Shown piece after piece: positions 61,728-64,000 of a DNA stretch of 64,000 nt. The position numbers and the translations under genes are program-made. The stretch is from positions 1,857,826-1,921,825 of the forward strand of contig BDGG01000002.1 in assembly GCA_001949185.1 (NCBI GenBank), written 5' to 3'. Position 1 is the first letter of the stretch, and every line of letters begins with the position of its first letter. The notes beneath the pieces are model-generated. The model was not told the origin of the DNA. It was given only the letters and a program-made list of their open reading frames with translations, and made no database searches. The DNA comes from Ramazzottius varieornatus. Lineage: Eukaryota; Animalia; Tardigrada.

Positions 61728-64000
61728 CTTATTTCTGGATAGGGATTGGAGCAGTCATGAGTTCAGTGCATTTCATCTCCATAACCAAGATCCACAGTCT
61801 TTCACTTAGATCTGACGCCTTGGATCCAGTGTTTGCTGTGGCCTTGGAAGACGCTAAAAAACGGTACCAGAATCTGCTGACCAATTCCAGCTGGTCCATG
61901 CAGCAGATCGATGATGATTCTAGTGATCCGAGCTCACTTTTTCCCGTATTGACCACCCTTTCAAACCTTTATCGGAATCAACTCCACCAGGCAGGAATTC
62001 CTATTGTCATATTTGCACCAGGTGAGTAACCGCCCATGACTCGTGGAATCGGATTTTTGGACTTGCGTAATTGCCGTAATTGCGTAATCCGTTGCAGTAA
62101 TTGCCCGTCAACTGCTTACTATTGCCGACTTTGCAAGAGGTACCACAACCGCTTGCCCAATGACCTGCCAATCTGATTTCAGCATCCGATCTTAATTGCA
62201 GAAATGGATCTTCTCATAGTACCTTGGTGCGTGCAACCTCACAGTGCGCTAATAAAAGAATTACGTGATAGACTAGAAGTTTCTACGTCAAAGTGGGAAT
62301 GCATATGCGAAACTGGTTTATTGATGAACAGCGCGGCGGACGATCCAGCGTTTTGTGATCCGGTGCGTTTCCCGACACTAGTCTCTTTTTCTGTGGCGTC
62401 GACCAGAGCATACGGTGAAGCAGTACATAGCCTGGCCAGCGAGTACCTCTGGAAGAATATCGCCGTTTTGCATGATAATGGAACATTGAACCAGTCATTT
62501 GGAATGTGAATGCGCACTCACGAGCAATGTCGAGGGGCACTGTCGGTTTTTCGCGCGTTGTTTTAAAACATATTACACACCTCCATCGGCTCAACCGCCG
62601 GGAATATTCAGCCAGGTCTCCGCCACGCACAGAGTCATTCACGCAGTGAGTTCAGTCATCGTAAAGGTGCATACTAGACGTTGTGGCAAACTCAGAAGTT
62701 AATTGGCGATGACAAACCTGACCTGTGGTGTTAACAGTAATTCTTCTGTGTACGGGAACGCAGTTTCTGCAAGTGATCATGGTACTGAATTCCACCGCAC
62801 CACTCCGATATTTCACGAGTCCCTTTGTATATCGTCCAAGACGTAGATTGATCTACAGAGCGCGGCGGCAGATGTTGGAGTGAACAATGGAGAATACGTA
62901 AGATGGCAATATCTTTAATCGTCCAGGTGCTGAAAGCATTCTTTCTGTATAGTTTTTCGTCTTTTTATACGAGCTGGAAGTACTGGATGATCCCTTTTTC
63001 GCTTAAGTCAATCTTACCGATGCGGCAAGTATCAATGGAAATCAAGTGTGAATTCTGGTTCCGTTTGTGCACTACGCTTTGTTGTTGAAGAAACACGGTT
63101 GCGAGTTGCGAGTTACGATTTTGGTTTATGGAACAATTGGGTCAGTGCGTATAATGCTGGTTCGCAGAATACAACATTGCTGTTTCGAAACCTGTTGGTA
63201 ATCCGGTCTCCACCTGTTCCTTGGGACGACATACAGTCGGCTCTATCGTCCATTGAAAGCAGAAAGCGCACAATGTACGGAAAGCCAGTGTGTAAAAACC
63301 AAATGGTGAGTGACCTCTACGAAATCACCTACTGCTACGCTCAGGTTGGCACGTGTTTCTGCAGCGCAACGAGTTCGCGGACCAATGCTATGAAGCGGTG
63401 ATAACAGTAGGCCAGGTAAGGTCAAACACAGCCCATAACTTTCCTCAGAGGAAGGTAAAAACCTTCTTACGTCTTGCCTGAAGCGTCGATGTTATGTTGC
63501 TCTCACGCTCAAGGTTATGGATAGCAACTGCGCAACATCTCGTGACATCTCCGGGTGCACAAGTGGTCGTTTTCTAGCCGCCAAATTCCTCAACCGTACC
63601 TACGATTCTTCTGCTCAGTGGCGTTCGTTCACAATCTCACCTACCAGTTCAAGGGTTGTTCACGCTAATATTCAGACATTCAATTTCACTTCTCTACAAT
63701 TCGAAATAAAGCACATTACACGAATTTGAATTGTTTCTGCGCGTACGCGTTTACAGCAGATTATTTTTCCAGACGGTCTTGACGTACTTTACGGAATCTC
63801 GCGAACTGTCACCGGTAAACGGTTGGAAAATAGAGTGGCAGCTGGGGTACCCGCCTCCAGATCGACCATTGTGCGGGTTGGACGGCTTGAAATGCCATGC
63901 TCATCGATGGATGACATACCTACCGATCGCTGTGGTAGCACTACTGTCCGTGATATTCGGGCTACTGCGGTGCGCTGATCGAAAAAACCTATCTGGGAAA
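61728..64000 (+). pseudogene. Receptor guanylate cyclase / ANF-receptor-like gene with nonsense lesions, runs off window end
   Basis: DPVFAVALEDAKKRYQ, LLTIADFARE, RFPTLVSF, YLWKNIAVLHD, juxtamembrane PPPDRPLCGLDGLKC and a TM segment near 63920-63970. In-frame stops at 62507-62509 (TGA) and 62564-62566 (TAA). Confidence 0.7.

Overview
Intron-rich eukaryotic (animal) DNA, not prokaryotic. Many short GT-AG introns split the genes, so most ORF-track entries are exon fragments or antisense noise. The compact genes, tiny introns and decayed receptor-guanylate-cyclase copies suggest a tardigrade such as Ramazzottius (inference only). Genes in order: 5' part of RBM19/MRD1 (-), Cab45/SDF4-like EF-hand protein (+), a small secreted Pro/Ala-rich orphan (-), LRRC43-like protein (+), a receptor-GC/ANF-receptor pseudogene (+), kinesin-2-like motor (+), divergent GLUT/SLC2 transporter (-), neprilysin (+), two paralogous arylsulfatases (-) with a Cys-rich gene fragment (+) between them, RFX factor (-), divergent alpha-type nAChR subunit (+), a secreted His/Ser/Lys-rich orphan (-), canonical ARSB (+), a probable BEN-domain protein (+) and a second receptor-GC pseudogene running off the end. 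Introns and intergenic DNA hold many MITE-like inverted-repeat elements, some nested or stacked, one with a pogo-type HTH remnant. No rRNA, tRNA or CRISPR array was recognised. No clearly new multi-gene system can be demonstrated. The best leads are the BEN-like gene with repeated kB-like motifs, the channel and transporter with altered functional residues, the mucin-stalked sulfatase and the secreted orphans. All exon boundaries were read by eye.
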